In this document: positions 13,401 to 27,107 of the stretch, one piece after another
How positions within the stretch are numbered: position 1 is the first letter of the stretch
Layout: each line of letters opens with the position of its first letter
Assembly: GCA_051294375.1 (NCBI GenBank)
Contig: CM119270.1
Coordinates: 13,156,746-13,220,745 of the forward strand
Origin: Paraspadella gotoi
Lineage: Eukaryota > Animalia > Chaetognatha
Direction: 5' to 3'
Length of the DNA stretch: 64,000 bases
Made by a program: the position numbers and the translations under genes
Notes under the pieces: model-generated
Seen by the model: only the letters and a program-made list of their open reading frames with translations
What the model was told of the DNA's origin: nothing
Database searches by the model: none

Positions 13401-14374
13401 AAAAGATAGAAATTTAAAAAGGGGAGGGAGAGAGAGAGAAAGAGAGAAGAGAGAGAAAGAGAGAGAGAGAGAGAGGAAGGAGAGAGAACGGGAAAAAAAG
13501 AAAGAGAGAAATGTAAAAAGTAGGTTTACGAAAGAGGAGGATTTGAGAGATATGTAGATTATTTTAATGCAGTACATGGTACAATTTTATAAGCGCTGCT
13601 AGAAAAGAGCTGTCATTCGAAAAACGCCTAGGTATTTTTTCATCCTGAAAATTCTGATTATTTTTTCTTTCTAAAAAAAAATTATCAGGCGCTTATGGCA
13701 ACAGCCGGGTTGCTTACGATTCCCTGGGATGGGACATCTCACAGTTGGCTTTGGGGGCTTCCGACCCTCAGTGACGCCTCAGTCACTGGCGTTGTTACCC
13801 TAGGACGTCTCCCTTTTGCCAACGCAGAGTGAAGTCGTTGATTTGCTGAAGGATGGTGGACGTGAGGTGGTGTGGAATATACCCCACCCGCTGCTTTTCT
13901 GAATCGTTAAAAATGAGTTCAGCTCTCAATTTCTCCGTCTCTTCCTTCTCCGTCTCTCTCCGTCTCTCTCTCTGTCTCTCTCCTCTTGAAAGATAGCTAG
14001 ACCCACAGAATCGGAATCAGTGCATGACCGCTGTATATTTAATTGACTTATTACAATATACAGTAATATCGCAAAATAAATAAAAAATATAAAATAATCA
14101 GACAGCGCCGTGTTATTTCAGTATTTTTAGTCAAGACCTTTATGATTTTCTTTGTTCCGGCGGCGTTGGATAGACCCAAACACTGCAGTTTCAAAATCAT
14201 CCATGGTTTTGTAATATTACTGCGCTACTGGGCAAAAATTGCTAGGGAACCAAAATTATCAGAAACCGCTTCTTTCGGATTTTTTTATAAGCGCGGTGCG
14301 ACATATCTATGTAAACTGCAAATCTGCAAATGGCTTCTACGTAAGCTTCTGATTGATTGATTGGTAGAAGAAAA

Positions 14375-14755
14375 CCGACGACAACAAACAGGAAGGAAAC
14401 GATTAAAACGACGGCATAGATGACTACGAAGAGGACGTCGTAGAGGACGTCGTAGAACAACGTCGAAAAATGACGACGAAGACGATAACGAAGACGACAA
14501 AAACGACGTCGACGATAATGACCGACGAAGACAACAAAAATGACGATGAAGAGGAAGACAAAACTGACGACGAAGAGACCCACAAGAAGACGACAAAAAC
14601 GAACGACGAAATTGACGACAAAGAAAGACGACGAAAAAACGACGGAAAGACGATGACTTCTAAAATGACGAAAACGATGTCGAAGACGACGACGAAAACG
14701 AAGATGAAAATGACGATGAGAAGACGAAAAGGAGATAAAGAAGTGACGAAAATGG
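14375..14755. repeat. Degenerate (GAC/GAA)n trinucleotide tract
   Basis: gacgacgaagacgat-type repeats; source of the T/K/D-rich ORF at 14470-14814. Confidence 0.85.
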
Positions 14756-15952
14756 GTGCTGTCAGCTTCTCTCTCTCTCTCTCTCTTTCTCTCTCTGTAC
14801 GATCTCTTGCGTGATTGTTCGTTTTTTGAAAAATTCTTATTATTTTTTTCCTTCTACCATTAAACAATGTCGAGAAACATGACCTTAATAACGCGTTTCG
14901 ATTGCACGGAAACGTTACATGGTATAAAAAAAATCAACATGACCCAACTTCACACGCAGAAACTTTACGCTCTAATTTTATAAAACATAAATTACATTAT
15001 TTACAATATCATGCAATGTCACATGTGCATCAGCTTAATGTGACAGGTAGGCGATACCTTCTGTATTTCAGCCACCAATCATAGTACAATCATAAAAGTT
15101 TTTTTTATTGTGATGAAAATTAAGTTAGAATTTGTTGGACAGGTTTTGACAAAATCTTTATTCGTCGATTGAATAATTTTTTCTGTGCATCCAAAATTTT
15201 GGTAACCTGATGCATTTATTAAAAATATAATGGTTAGAATTTATGTATCTATCACTTTACAATGTAATTATTTTTCTTTATTACCTTAGATGTCCAATCA
15301 TTTTTAATATCTTTTAATTATTATAGTTATACCTTAAAACAATAAAATAGTTAAAGATTTCTATCATTTCAAAAATTGCTTACTTTTTTCAAAACTGACA
15401 GACCCCTCATCAGTTGGGATGTACCTCACCTGAGTATCGTCAGAATACTGCTGTTACTGAAAGAATCTTTTTTTTAATTAACTAAATAATTTTTAAAAAT
15501 AATATTATATTCTTAAACATTTCCACTGTACTTTACCATATAGAAAAAATAATCCACAACTTGCATACTTTTAAAGATCTTTTTTGCTCTGCTTTGATCT
15601 CTACTTCTTGATGAACGCAAAATATTGACAGTCCCAACATATAGTCTTCCAGTTTCAAATTCTTGAGATATAAAAAAATAATATAAATTTAATTGTTCAT
15701 TAAACATTTCCTTGGAAATTCATGTCAATTGATACTCTTTATAAATCAAGCACTTATAATGGCACATTCCTCCCTGAGATTTTCTTCAGTCTTCAATTCT
15801 TTTAAAAACTACCAGGGCCTAATAAGAAATAAATCAGACTTTAAGTCGATAAAAAACATAAAAAAAAGCGCATAAAGAAAAATCTGGATTGACAAATTTT
15901 GATACTAAAAAAATCAAATTTTGAAAAAAAAAAAATTAATTTATAAACATAA

Positions 15953-17058
15953 AGAAAAAGAAGAAAAGAATAGAAATGAAAGAAAGAATAGAAAGGAAGA
16001 AAAATAGAAGGAAAGAAGAATCAAAGGAAAGAAAGAATATAAAGGAAAGAGAGAATAGAAAGGAAAGAAAGAATAGAAAGGAAAGAAAAAATAGAAAGAA
16101 AAGAGAAGGAAGAAAGAATAAAAAGAATAGAAAGGAAAGAAAGAATAGAAAGAAAAGAAAGAATAGAAAGAAAAGAAGGATAGAAAGAAAGAAAGAATAA
16201 AAAGGAAAGAGTGAATAGAAAGGAAAGAAAGAATAAAAGAAAGATGAATAGAAAGGAAGAAAGAAAAGAAAGGAAGAAAGAATGAAAGGAAAGAAAGAAT
16301 AGAAAGAAAGAAAGATGAAAAGGAAAGAAAGAAAAGAAAGAAGAATAGAAAGGAAAGAAGAATTGAAAGGAAAGAGTGATAGAAAGGAAAAAAAGAATAA
16401 AAAAGAAAGAGTGAATAGAAAGAAAGAGAATAGAAGGAAAGAGAGATAGAAAGAAAAGAAGAAGAATAGAAAGGAAAGAAAGAAAAGAAAAAAGAAAGAA
16501 AGAAAAAAAAGAAAGAATAGAAAGGAAAAAAAGAATAGAAAGGGGAAAGAAAGAAAGAAAGGAAGAAAGAATAGAAAGGAAAGAAAGAATAGAAAGGAAG
16601 AAAGAATAGAAAGAAAGAAGAAAAAAGAAGAAAGATAGAAAGGAAAGAAGAATTGAAAGGAAGAGTGAATAGAAAGGAAAGAAAGATAAAAAAGAAAGAG
16701 TGAATAGAAAGGAAAAGAAAGAATAGAAGGAAAGAGAGAATAGAAGAAAAGAAAGAAAGAATAGAAAGGAAAGAAAGAAAAGAAAAAAAAAGAAAGAAAA
16801 GAAAAAAAAGAAGAAAGAAAGGAAAAGAATAGAAGGAAAGAAGAAAGAAGAAAAGAAAGAATAGAAAGGAAAAAAGAATAGAAAGAAAGAAGAATGAAGG
16901 AAAGAAAGAATAGAAGGAAAAAAGAATAGAAGGAAAGAAAAATAGAAAAAAAAAGGAAAGAATAGAATGGAAAGAAAGAATAGAAAGGAAAGAAAGATAG
17001 AAAGGAAAGAAAGGAAAAATAAAAATAAAGAGAGAGTGACGAGAGAAGAAAGAAAAAA
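15953..17058. repeat. 1.1-kb polypurine minisatellite built on ~18-bp GAATAGAAAGGAAAGAAA
   Basis: Recurring gaatagaaaggaaagaaa unit with almost no C; source of the 383-aa and 378-aa F/S/L ORFs. Confidence 0.92.
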
Positions 17059-19094
17059 CCCGATGTTGCGAAAGCAAATGATAACATGTACGAATGCGTT
17101 GCCTAATTTACGAGTTCAATCCTAATTCAATTTTTTTTTAATAAAAACGCAGAGAGAGAAAGAGAAAGAGAGAGAGAGAGAAGCAAATCGTTTTTGGACG
17201 AATCCAGCAGAAGGCAGCAGGCGAAAACCTTTTCATTGGCAAATAAACTGATCAGCAGAAGCAGCCCCTGAGAAAAAAAAGAGAGAAAGAGAGAGAAGAG
17301 AAAAGAGAGAGAAAGTGGGCAGAGAGGAGAAGGAGAGAGGAGAGAGAGAAGAGAGAGAGAGAAGCAAATCGTTTTCGACGAGAGAGAGCTGGAACGCGAC
17401 ACAACAACGACGACGACGACGCCTACGCCACTTATGCGCAAAAGCGTTACGAGATCATCGCAACGCAAAGCGATTGCGACGATAAAAATGCACGTATAAC
17501 AAGTATACTTCCTTACCACAATTGGCCAATTTTTTCTTGCAATTAAATCCGACCCAATTTGGTATTGCTTAAAAAGCAAAAGCATCTTTTTATAAATTGA
17601 AAATAAACTAATTTCCATCTTGTCTTTAAAAAACAAAAGATAGGTAATAACATTTCTATCAACTGTCTTTTTCATAAAGTTTACCTTTCACTCGCGCATT
17701 TTGCGTCATGCGCGATGAATTAATTTCGACTTCTCGCTACTTTCCGTCGTAGAAAAAGTTGAAAAAAAATGAAGGAAACCGACGGAGTAAAACAATTCGT
17801 ATAAAGTTTTCTTACCTTTATCTAACAAACCGAAAAATTTCGTACTTTTTTGTAACGAAATAGTAAAACTCGATAACTTTCATGATAAAAATATACCGAC
17901 GCATTGTTGATGTATTTTATGCTTTTCTCTACAATCACACGGAGGGATTATTGGATTAGTTCATTCTTATATTTTTATTTGGCTTATCAAAAGTAATGTA
18001 TCCTTTTTTAGTACTTTAAAAAAATATTACTATATCTAAATGTTTGAATTTCAAAAACGGATCCGTGGGTTTTGATGACGAGGAATAAAAGAACATACAT
18101 GCAAAGTTTGGAACTTTTCAGGTCACCCAGTGGACGAAGTACTTTATTTATGCAAAAAAAAACCTTTCTCTCTCTATCTCAGCTGAATGATGAGTTAAAA
18201 ATTTTTTGAAAACGGTTTTTTGTAGAGCGGACCGAGGTTCAGGCCGTGATGTGAGAGAAAATAATGTATCATTAGTACTTATTACTAAATAGGCCAATTA
18301 AAAAAGACACAGTCCCCTTAAAAGAAATAAAATTATATTTAGGAAAATGATTTTGGAATATGATTGAAAAGATCGGGGCCGCGTCTCGCGAGCCGACCGT
18401 TTTTTTTCTTTCTCCCTTTCTTACTTTCTCTCCCCTCTCTCTCTCTCTCTGTCTCTGTCTCTCTCTCCCTCCCTTCCTTCCTCCCTCCTTCCCCTCCCGA
18501 TCTCATAATGCGAAAGAAAACTCCGGCGAACCGAAGCTAGAAAAAGCCTCCGCCGCCGCATCAGCGTCGACAGCCGCGTCAGGAGCAGCAGCAAAAGCCG
18601 CCGCAAAAATCCGGCTTTTCTTCGGTTTCTTTCGGCGTTGGGGTTTTTCTAGAGAAAAGGGGGTATTCATAAGGGTATAGTAAAGGGTGGCAGGGTTTTT
18701 AAAGGGGGTTGGAGTTGAGAAAGGGTGAAGGTAGGGGTGATAAAGGGATGAGGAAGGGGTGAGGAAGCTGTGACGAAATAGCTAATCCGGGAAAAAAAGC
18801 AGGGGGGGTCAGAGAAAGGGAGCAGGGTGTTAGGTGAAGGAAGCAGGGTGGTCTTATGAGCAGGCTTGGTTGTCAGGCTTTGAGTACAAGTCGTCAGTAA
18901 AAGCAACGCCAGTGTAAAAGGAACCAATGTATGACTGGGATACGGGCGGTCACCCTTTAGGGGGGTGACGGGTCAGGGTTTGCAAAGGTCAAATGTCAGT
19001 CCGAGGAGGTTGGATGAAAATGAGGGTTGGCCCGAGAGAGAGAGAGAGACGGAGGAGAGAGAGAGAAGAGGAGAGGAGATGAGAGGAGAGGAGA

Positions 19095-19129
<35 letters not shown>

Positions 19130-19924
19130 GAACGTCAGCTTATATGCTTGGTCGGTTCCCTCGTCTTTGATTGATAGAGGATCTTTGCCAATCAAAAGCT
19201 CTCCCTGTCTTTAGTCACATTTTTTTATAGATTAGTTTCGGACTGATTGCGCAACAACGATTAGAGTTCGCCTTTCGCTCAGTTTCGTCGTTTTACGACT
19301 CGGCGTCGGATCGGCGAGGTCAGTGAGATTGGCAGCGGTTCGGCGGCGGGACGGCGGGGTGGCGGCAGCGGGACGGCGGCGGTGCCACCGGTCCATTCTA
19401 GTTGCAACCGTTGGACCATGAACTCGGCATAGAATCTCTTTCCTTCAAGGAAAATTATAATGTTTCTCTCGTTTTTTTTTTTTCATTCGATTGTACATTT
19501 TTCCGAACGTCGTCAACATCATCGTTATCGTCGATAATGTCGGCGTCGTCGTCGTCGTCGTCGCGGTGTTATAGAAGCTGAGGCTTTTAAAAAAGCTTCG
19601 AGTCCTAAAAGCCACAAGATATCTCTCTCTCTCTCTCTCTAAGAGGAAGCAAGAGTGTCAGTTCACATATTTCTTGTGTTGGACACAAGAGGAGAAAACT
19701 GATCATCTTGACGCTCTTGTAAAAGCATTTAAAGCGAGCGCGGGGAGCCGAGTTTGGCGGATTTTGGGTACAAATATTACCCATTATTACTAAATAAATT
19801 ACTAAATGATTATGAATAATTGAAATTGTTTGCAAAGTTTCTAATAGTTCCCTTTGGACCTGTTGATTTAACTTGTGGGCCGGACCCACGTAACCTCAAT
19901 CACCTTTTTCCCTCCCGCTTTGCT

Positions 19925-20095
19925 TTCCTTTTCCAGAAACCTTTCCGCGCATTCCTGCCTTCCAAACCCCTAACCACTACTGCAACACCCCTCCCCTTCT
20001 TTCCTTTCCAAGAAAACCTCCCCGCATTCCTGCCCCTTCAGAACGGCGCCTACCGCTACTCAACACCCCCTCCCTTTCTTTTCTTTCCAGATTAA
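19925..20095. repeat. ~78-bp tandem repeat, ~2.2 copies
   Basis: tttcca(a)gaaa(a)cct..cgcattcctgcc..ctact..caacacccc..cc recurs at ~19930, 20006 and 20085. Confidence 0.7.
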
Positions 20096-23000
20096 CCTAT
20101 CCTCGCCATTGCCCGTGGCCCCTTCAAGATCCGCCCCTACTCCGGCCGATTCTTACGAGAGGTTATCGGCGTTGCAAACAACCGCCCACTCTCGACTTCG
20201 ACGCCTGCGCCTCGCACGAACAGAAGTTTGGTTTCTTCAGACAACCTGACCTGCCACGAGAGAGACTCCAACGAGTCGGAAGGTGTAGTTTGAGAGAGAA
20301 GAGAGAGAGAGAGAGAGAGGAGAGAGAGGAGAGAGATGAGAGTAAGAGTACCGCAGGAGAGGCGAGAGAGAGTAGAGAGAGAGAGAGAGAGACAGAGAGG
20401 AGAGAGGAGGAGAGGTGAGTGAAAGTTTATAAAGGCTTTTTTTATGACGCTCTTTACTCAAATAAATCTGTGAGTGGGAAGCAAACCCGTACTTAAATGC
20501 GCTTTTGTTCAAGTGCAGCTCCCCGGTTTAAATGGCCGCGCTTTTCGTTAATCTCATGAATGATAGCCTTTTGTTTTGCCTCCCTTCCCTGCACCTCTCC
20601 ATATAAAAAAAAAGATCACTTACCGAGTCGGTCCACCTGCAGTGTGATTTTTTCGTGTTCCTATGGTAGGTTGTTGTTCCTCTCTACTATTCTAAAGGAA
20701 AATTAATGGTTGTCGCAGGGAGAATTAAATGATTGTTGGGATTTTTTCATTTTATTTATACTCTACGTTTTTCGCTCTGTTGCTTTCGGAGTAGGTCTTT
20801 TGTGAATAATAAAAAATATAGGTGGAAACGTGGAATTTAATCGCGAGTATTTTCTTTAGGAATTGTTTATTGTTAGACTTTTGTCTGGTTTATTGGTTTT
20901 GACTGAGTATTATGTGCTAGAGCAGCTAAAATGCGGGTTTTGTTTGTAGGATGTCCGTATGTCTGAGTGTTTATTAAGTATGTTTAATTTATATTACTAG
21001 AGGAGAAAAACGAGGATAATAGATAGCTCATATAATGATTTATATAATTATTTCGCTTCTTGTTGTTTATTCCTTTTTTTTTTGTTCGCTTTGCATGTCC
21101 GTGGTAGCGTATAAGGTGTGTTGGATTCACCCTTGTGAGAGAGCCTAGAGATATCCATTGGATGTTCGCAGGATGTTTTCTTATATATAGGCTTCATCTA
21201 GCTCTTTTTCTTTTCTTTTCTTTTTATTTGTGCTCTGTTTACTTTCTTTTTTTGTGTAGTCTCTTGGGGTGTATTCTTCTTTTTGTTCTGTTTTCTTCTC
21301 TCATTCTGGCCTTTGTTTCTCTTTTCTCTTTCTGTGTCATGTGTTGTGTGGTCTGTTCGCTTCCGTCCTGTGTTTCGTTTCCTGCTTGTCTCTTGTTCTC
21401 TTCTCTCTCTCTGCTCTTCTCGCTCGTCCTTCTCTCTGTCTTCTCTCTCCTGTCTCCTTTTTTGTGTTTCATTCGTTTCGTATATCTTATTTGTAATATT
21501 CTAATATCTTCGCGGACGTTGATAAGAATTGAACTGATAAAAATATCGAAATAACCGTTTCATCTCTGTTCTCTCTCTGTCTTCTTCTTATTTTATCGTT
21601 TGTTCTGTTCTTTCTTTAATTTTTTTTTTTTTTTATTTCCACTATTTCTCTCTTCTATTTTGTTTTTTTTTTTGTTCGTTTGATATTGTTTTCTTACTAT
21701 TTTCATCCCTCCGAAGTTTTTCCCCCGCCTTTTTTTTTTCAAGAAGTTAATCGACGTTTTTAACGGAAAGAGGGTCTCAGTGGGTTAATGGTGCGAAAAG
21801 TTCGCGACGAGAGCCGACGAAACGGAAGGCGACGGCGTTTGACGAAGACGACAAAAGAGTGATCAGTTCTACTACGATGACAACGACTTAAAAGAAAAGT
21901 ACAGACGATGAACAAAGAATAGGATGAACAAAAAAGGACGAGCCATTAATGGGGACGAACAACGACTTTGACTCCCCACCGAGAATCATGGCCGTAGAGG
22001 ATAAGATCCAGATTGTCTCTAATAGTAATTTGAGTCAATGAACAAAAGTCGGTGTAACTTATTTCGCAGAAGCGGGACCGACATTATTATTCAACATGAA
22101 ATGGAACCAAGAAAACGACAGTGTCACATCCGAAAAAACGACATTGTCCAAACAGTGACACCGACGGCGACCACAACGAAAACGGCAACGGGATCGAGGC
22201 TCTGAGTGTCTCGCTCTCAAACCTGAAAAGTAAATAGAAAAAACATAAGTGAAAAATGGCGAAGAGAAAAGAACGAATAGTGTTTTGGGGACGAAAGACT
22301 TTTAGCAGGCTTTCTTTCCTTTTCCTTCTTCTTTCCTTTCTCTTTCCTTTATCCAGCTTCTCCTTTTCTTCTTCCTTTTCTTCTTACTTTCCTTCTGCAT
22401 TCTCTTTTCTTTTCCTTTTCTTTTCTTTCTTCTTTCTGTATTCCCAATGTTCTCCTTTCTTCCCTTCTTGTCTTATTTCAGAGTTTCTCCTTTTCTTGTT
22501 ATCTTTTCTTCTTTCCTTTATTTTTGCGTCTATCCTTTTCTTTCTTATTTTCTTTTCTTTTTCCCAATTCCTCGCTCTTTATTATTATCACCATCTTTCT
22601 TCTTTGGTCTCCATAGTTTTTCTCTCACCGTGCTTTTTTTTCTACCTCCGTTTCTGTTTTTATCTTCCTACTCTATTTCGTGTTTTCCCTTTGTTTTCCT
22701 TTTTTTCTCTGTCCAAAACCATTCATTTTTCCTTTTTACTCCATTTTTCTTTTGTGGTTTTCTCTTTAAACGTTATTTTTCCTCTCTACAACGTAATATA
22801 GTTTCGTTGGAGATGCTACCCCTAATTTTCGGCGTTTCTGACTTTTTTTAAACTTTGCTTCTTTGTCTCTCTCTCTCTCTCTCTTCCTTTCTCCGTCAGT
22901 TCTCTCTCTTCTCTCTCTCTCGTCTCTCTCTCTCTCTCTCTCTCTTCTCCCTCTCTCTCTCCTTCTCTCTCTCTCTCTCTGGCCGACGCAAACGCCTCAA

Positions 23001-25023
23001 AAACAGATGGAATTAAACCATCCAAAACAAAAACAGAAACAACCGGTCTTTTTCCTTCCGGAATCGGGCCGTCCGACCACCAACGCCTTCTTTTCCCGTC
23101 GTCCCACAAATCAAAACCGCGCCGCACTCTCCGGAAAATCGAAAAAAAAATGGCGGCGTCAATAAAACAACACTCACTGGCGATGGAAGACTGAAAAGAC
23201 GACGACGAGACACGACGAACCACTCAGTTTCACGCACGGGCACGACACGAAACTCTTAAAAATCACAAATATCAGTAAAACTCTAAAACGCCGACGACAA
23301 CGCTGCACAACAACATACCACACAGGCCACGTTAATCTCCCCAGCTCTCCATCACTCCCCCACTCTTCTGTCGTCTACTCCTCCATCCACCACTCTCACC
23401 ACTCACCCACTCCACCCACTGCAAGCCACTCCACAACCACCAAAGCCACAACACGCTTCCCAAAATGACATCTCAGCAGACCGCACTCGACTCAACCAAC
23501 TCCACACCCAACTCGTTTACCAACTTAAACCACACACCAAATACCCCCAAACGTGGACGAATGCTCCGACGCGCGCCCCGATTCCGCCTCTTAGAGATCT
23601 TTCCACATTTATCTGTGGCATTGTGTCTACCATTGGCCCGTCCTCTCTCTCTCTCTCTCCCCTCTTCTCTCCTTTTCTTTCTTTCTGCTCTTCTTCTCTC
23701 TCTTTCTCCTCTTTCTTTATTCTTTCTTTTCTTCTCTAACGTTATAATTCCTGATTTCTTGGCAGAAAGCCTTTATAAAATATTGTTGTTTGATATTGTT
23801 TTTTATTTTAGTATCCAACTCGACACTTGAATTCGGAAATTTCGTAGAGCGAAACTGGAAAAAGTATATTCCATATATAATAAAGAAAGAGAAAAAATAC
23901 ACAAGTAACGCTTCGAACGACGAATGACAAAGGCAATGACAGAATTTAAACAAAAACGAAATGAATCGTCTGAAACACCGACGACACAAGGCGACTCTTT
24001 TTTTGTTGTTGTTGTTGTGGCGAGAGTCAGAAACATAATTGACCGAATTGGATTAGGACTCGGAAAGGAATTTGCAGGGAGAATTTTGCCGCGGAAGACG
24101 AAAGCAGACCGAGAGAGAGAGGAGAGCAGAGGAGAGCAGAGAGAGAGAGAGAGAGAGAGAGAGACCGCAAGAGAGCAGACGCAGACGACGCACGACGAGG
24201 CTTATACAGTTTTTAGGTTCAAAAATTGGAGATCAATGTCTGAATACCGAAAAACGAGGAGAGCGCCGGCGAGGACGCGAAAGCGTTTTGCGGAGATGGA
24301 GTTTCGGGCATAGCGGGTAAAGGGATAGTGAGGGTTAAGGCTTAGCGCTCTAAAGCTTTAAGGCTTAAGCTTAGGGTGGCGTCGACACGCGAAGACGTCT
24401 TCCGAAAAGATTTTCTTCATGGTGAACTAGTACAAACTCTTTTAAATCGGCGATTGAGGTTCTGGCGGAAATCGCGTTTGGTTTCAAAGGATTTCATTGA
24501 TTAAATCTTGATTTGACCGTATGGACGGCAGCTTTTTTAAAAATGTTCTTGGCAAAAATGCAGTCTGGATTTTTACTATATTCCTTTTTATTCTTTTTTT
24601 TTTTCTCCGTTTCTGGTTTTTTTAGATGAAAAAACACCAAATTTTACTGCCACTCGAATACAGACATTTTTGTACTTTGAAATTTACACTAAGAATAAAA
24701 AGAAATTAGATAACTAAAAATCAAAAATACAAAAAAAAAAATTCCAATTCAAACACACAATGAAAGCGGGAGAAGTTTGTCGCGAAAAACCTACGGTTTT
24801 ATCGCGCGAATAGAATTCTTTAAAGAAAAAAAGGAAAATAATTTTTAAAAACCATTGATACGCAGGTAGTTTTGAGACAATAATAGTTTTGCAAATACAA
24901 TATAAGGATTTCCGTTAACATGTCGACCAAAAAGAATAATGTGTCAGCGCCAATCATCGTTAATGATGTCCAATGCTTGTTTAAGATCTAGAATCTTGAA
25001 TAAAACTTCATTGTAATTTTAAA

Positions 25024-25297
25024 AGTGAACATTCTAGTATGACGATAAGGCCGCTACAGTGCGCGTGAACCGCATGACTCTAGCGTGAACGGTCGCTGGT
25101 CTGGAAAGCCTCTGAGGTTCTTTACGCCAATGCGACTTGCGCTCATCAAACCGCTCACAGTACGGTAGGTACCACCGGGCGAGATTGAACCGGTAGCGCT
25201 AGTGGTCATCGAGCTGGTTTTAACTCAACTGACGCCCACCGAGTCACGACGAAGTGTCATGCTTAAGCGGGGGTGAACTTCATGCATGCCCGACTAC
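25024..25297 (-). mobile_element. Diverged, longer copy of the tRNA-core TIR element at 42785
   Basis: 25181-25297 (gagattgaaccggtagcgctagtggtcatcgagctg...ccaccgagtcac...gtcatgcttaagcgggggtgaacttcatgcatgcccgactac) aligns to the reverse complement of 42785-42903. It continues with ~130 bp of extra body. A possible eroded second TIR lies at ~25024-25051 (weak). Confidence 0.75.
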
Positions 25298-26563
25298 TAC
25301 TTTATATTACACAAAAAAAACGCACTTACGTCCGCAATAACGTCACCTAAAGCGAAGCTTGTGACGTCCGCTGTGACCGCATTCAACTCGTGTCAGCGAA
25401 ATATACAACAGTCGCTCACGAATCGACCTTCTGACGTTTCTTCACGGCAGACGAATACCTCAGAAGCCAATTAAGCTCAACGAAGCAGATACAGCCTTCT
25501 CTCTTGCTCTCTCTCTTTTCGATTTTTCTCTCTCTCTCTCTTTTCTCTCCTTTCTTTTCTCTCTCTCCTCGGAAAATATATCGGAGAAATCATATCAGGA
25601 TAATCAAGTTGGCGACGACGAACGACAAATGCCGACGACGAGACAGCCGACCGGACGATGACGGGAAAGCGACTGACATCCGGTGACATGTTCTGTCTGC
25701 TGGGAAATTGGGGGGGGGGGAGGGAAGAGGGAGGGAGGTAGTTTGGGTAGAGAAAGGAGGAAGAGAGGAAAAAAGCGGAGAGAAGACAAGAAATAAAAGC
25801 GGATTAATTGTAGGAATAAAATACGATGCTAACAATACTTTAGGTTTTGGGACAACATAATTAAAAAGCTATCTAGTCAGAATGGAAAATCAGAACGTGT
25901 CAATGATGGTTTACGCGATAATATGTATAATGAAGACTTGCTTCTTTATAAATTCGTCGTAATTAATCGACAGGGTGTTCATTTTCACACATTAGGTAAT
26001 ATTCATATTCTCACATTATCATTATTCATTTAATCATAAAAGTTTCCGAGTTGCGAAATTTCTGTCGAAATCGAAATACCACCATGTGCTTTCCATAAAG
26101 AGAGAAGGTGTAGTGTGTCGACTTCCGAGTCTAGAGTAAAAAATATGTAAATCGTAAATAATGTAAAAAGAGATCTAACTTCTAAAAACGAAGCAGAAGG
26201 CAAATGTAGAGCGAGCATGCTTAATTCCAGCGTTCAATTACTTGATGCGTGATTTCTTATTCTTTATTTTTTTTGGGGCTCAACTCATTTCTTCCCCTTT
26301 TCTCTATTTCTTCCCTTCTCTTTTCTTCTGGATCATTTCAGCTCCGAAAATGATGAATTGAGACAGCCGACACTTTTAGAATAATGTTTCTGTTTTTCTA
26401 AAATTCTAAGAATATTTTTTCTTACGGATTGTAGAACAGACAGACAGACAGGTTCACAGAAAAAACGTCCTCATACATACGTTTCCAATGGGCGTATATA
26501 AAAGCGCGCGAGCGGAATAAAAAAGGCCGAAGAAGAAAAAAAGCGCCCATGAGAGTGAAGAGA

Positions 26564-26615
<52 letters not shown>

Positions 26616-27074
26616 AGAGAGAGAGAGAAAGAGAGAGGAGATATGAGAGAGATATGAGAAGGAAGAGAAGAGGTATGCTGTAGTCGCAGGCCCTTTGATT
26701 TTGGTTATTTGATCGTGATGCCATGTGTTTAGCGGTGATCCTTGTTCCTTTGATTTTTGAATCGGCGCAAAATGGATCATAAAAGAAGTTGAAAGCTTTT
26801 TTTTTGGGCAGACGTCACCGACGCTTTCATTCGCCCACCACCCTTCCCTCCCCCATGGCCTACTCACGCCCGTCGTCTTCTAAAAAAAAAATGAACCCGA
26901 CTTTTCCTTTCTTCGTTTTTTTTTATTTTCTTTCTTTCTCTCGTCTTTCTTTCATTTCTTTTTACATTACGACCCATGCGTTTCGATTTTGTCATTTTGA
27001 ATAGAAAAAAAAAAAGCCATAATCTTTTGAGATTTTTTACACACCCCTTTTTCTTTCCTTCCGCATGAAATGGT

Positions 27075-27107
<33 letters not shown>

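Noticed and set aside
14470-14814. T/K/D-rich ORF resembling a mucin or acidic protein
   Set aside because: Degenerate (GAC)n tract open in several frames on both strands.
15385-15425. Hammerhead-like core on the minus strand (CTGATGAG...TGAAA); also ctgatgaagcac..gtg at 8125
   Set aside because: Stems I and III cannot be formed, and the second site lacks the GAAA box.
15936-17087. Longest ORFs (383 and 378 aa, F/S/L-rich, membrane-protein-like)
   Set aside because: They are translations of the polypurine minisatellite and are open in two frames only because of base composition.
24330-24378. Telomere-like TTAGGC/TTAGGG degenerate run
   Set aside because: Only a few imperfect units; too short to call an interstitial telomeric repeat or infer a taxon.
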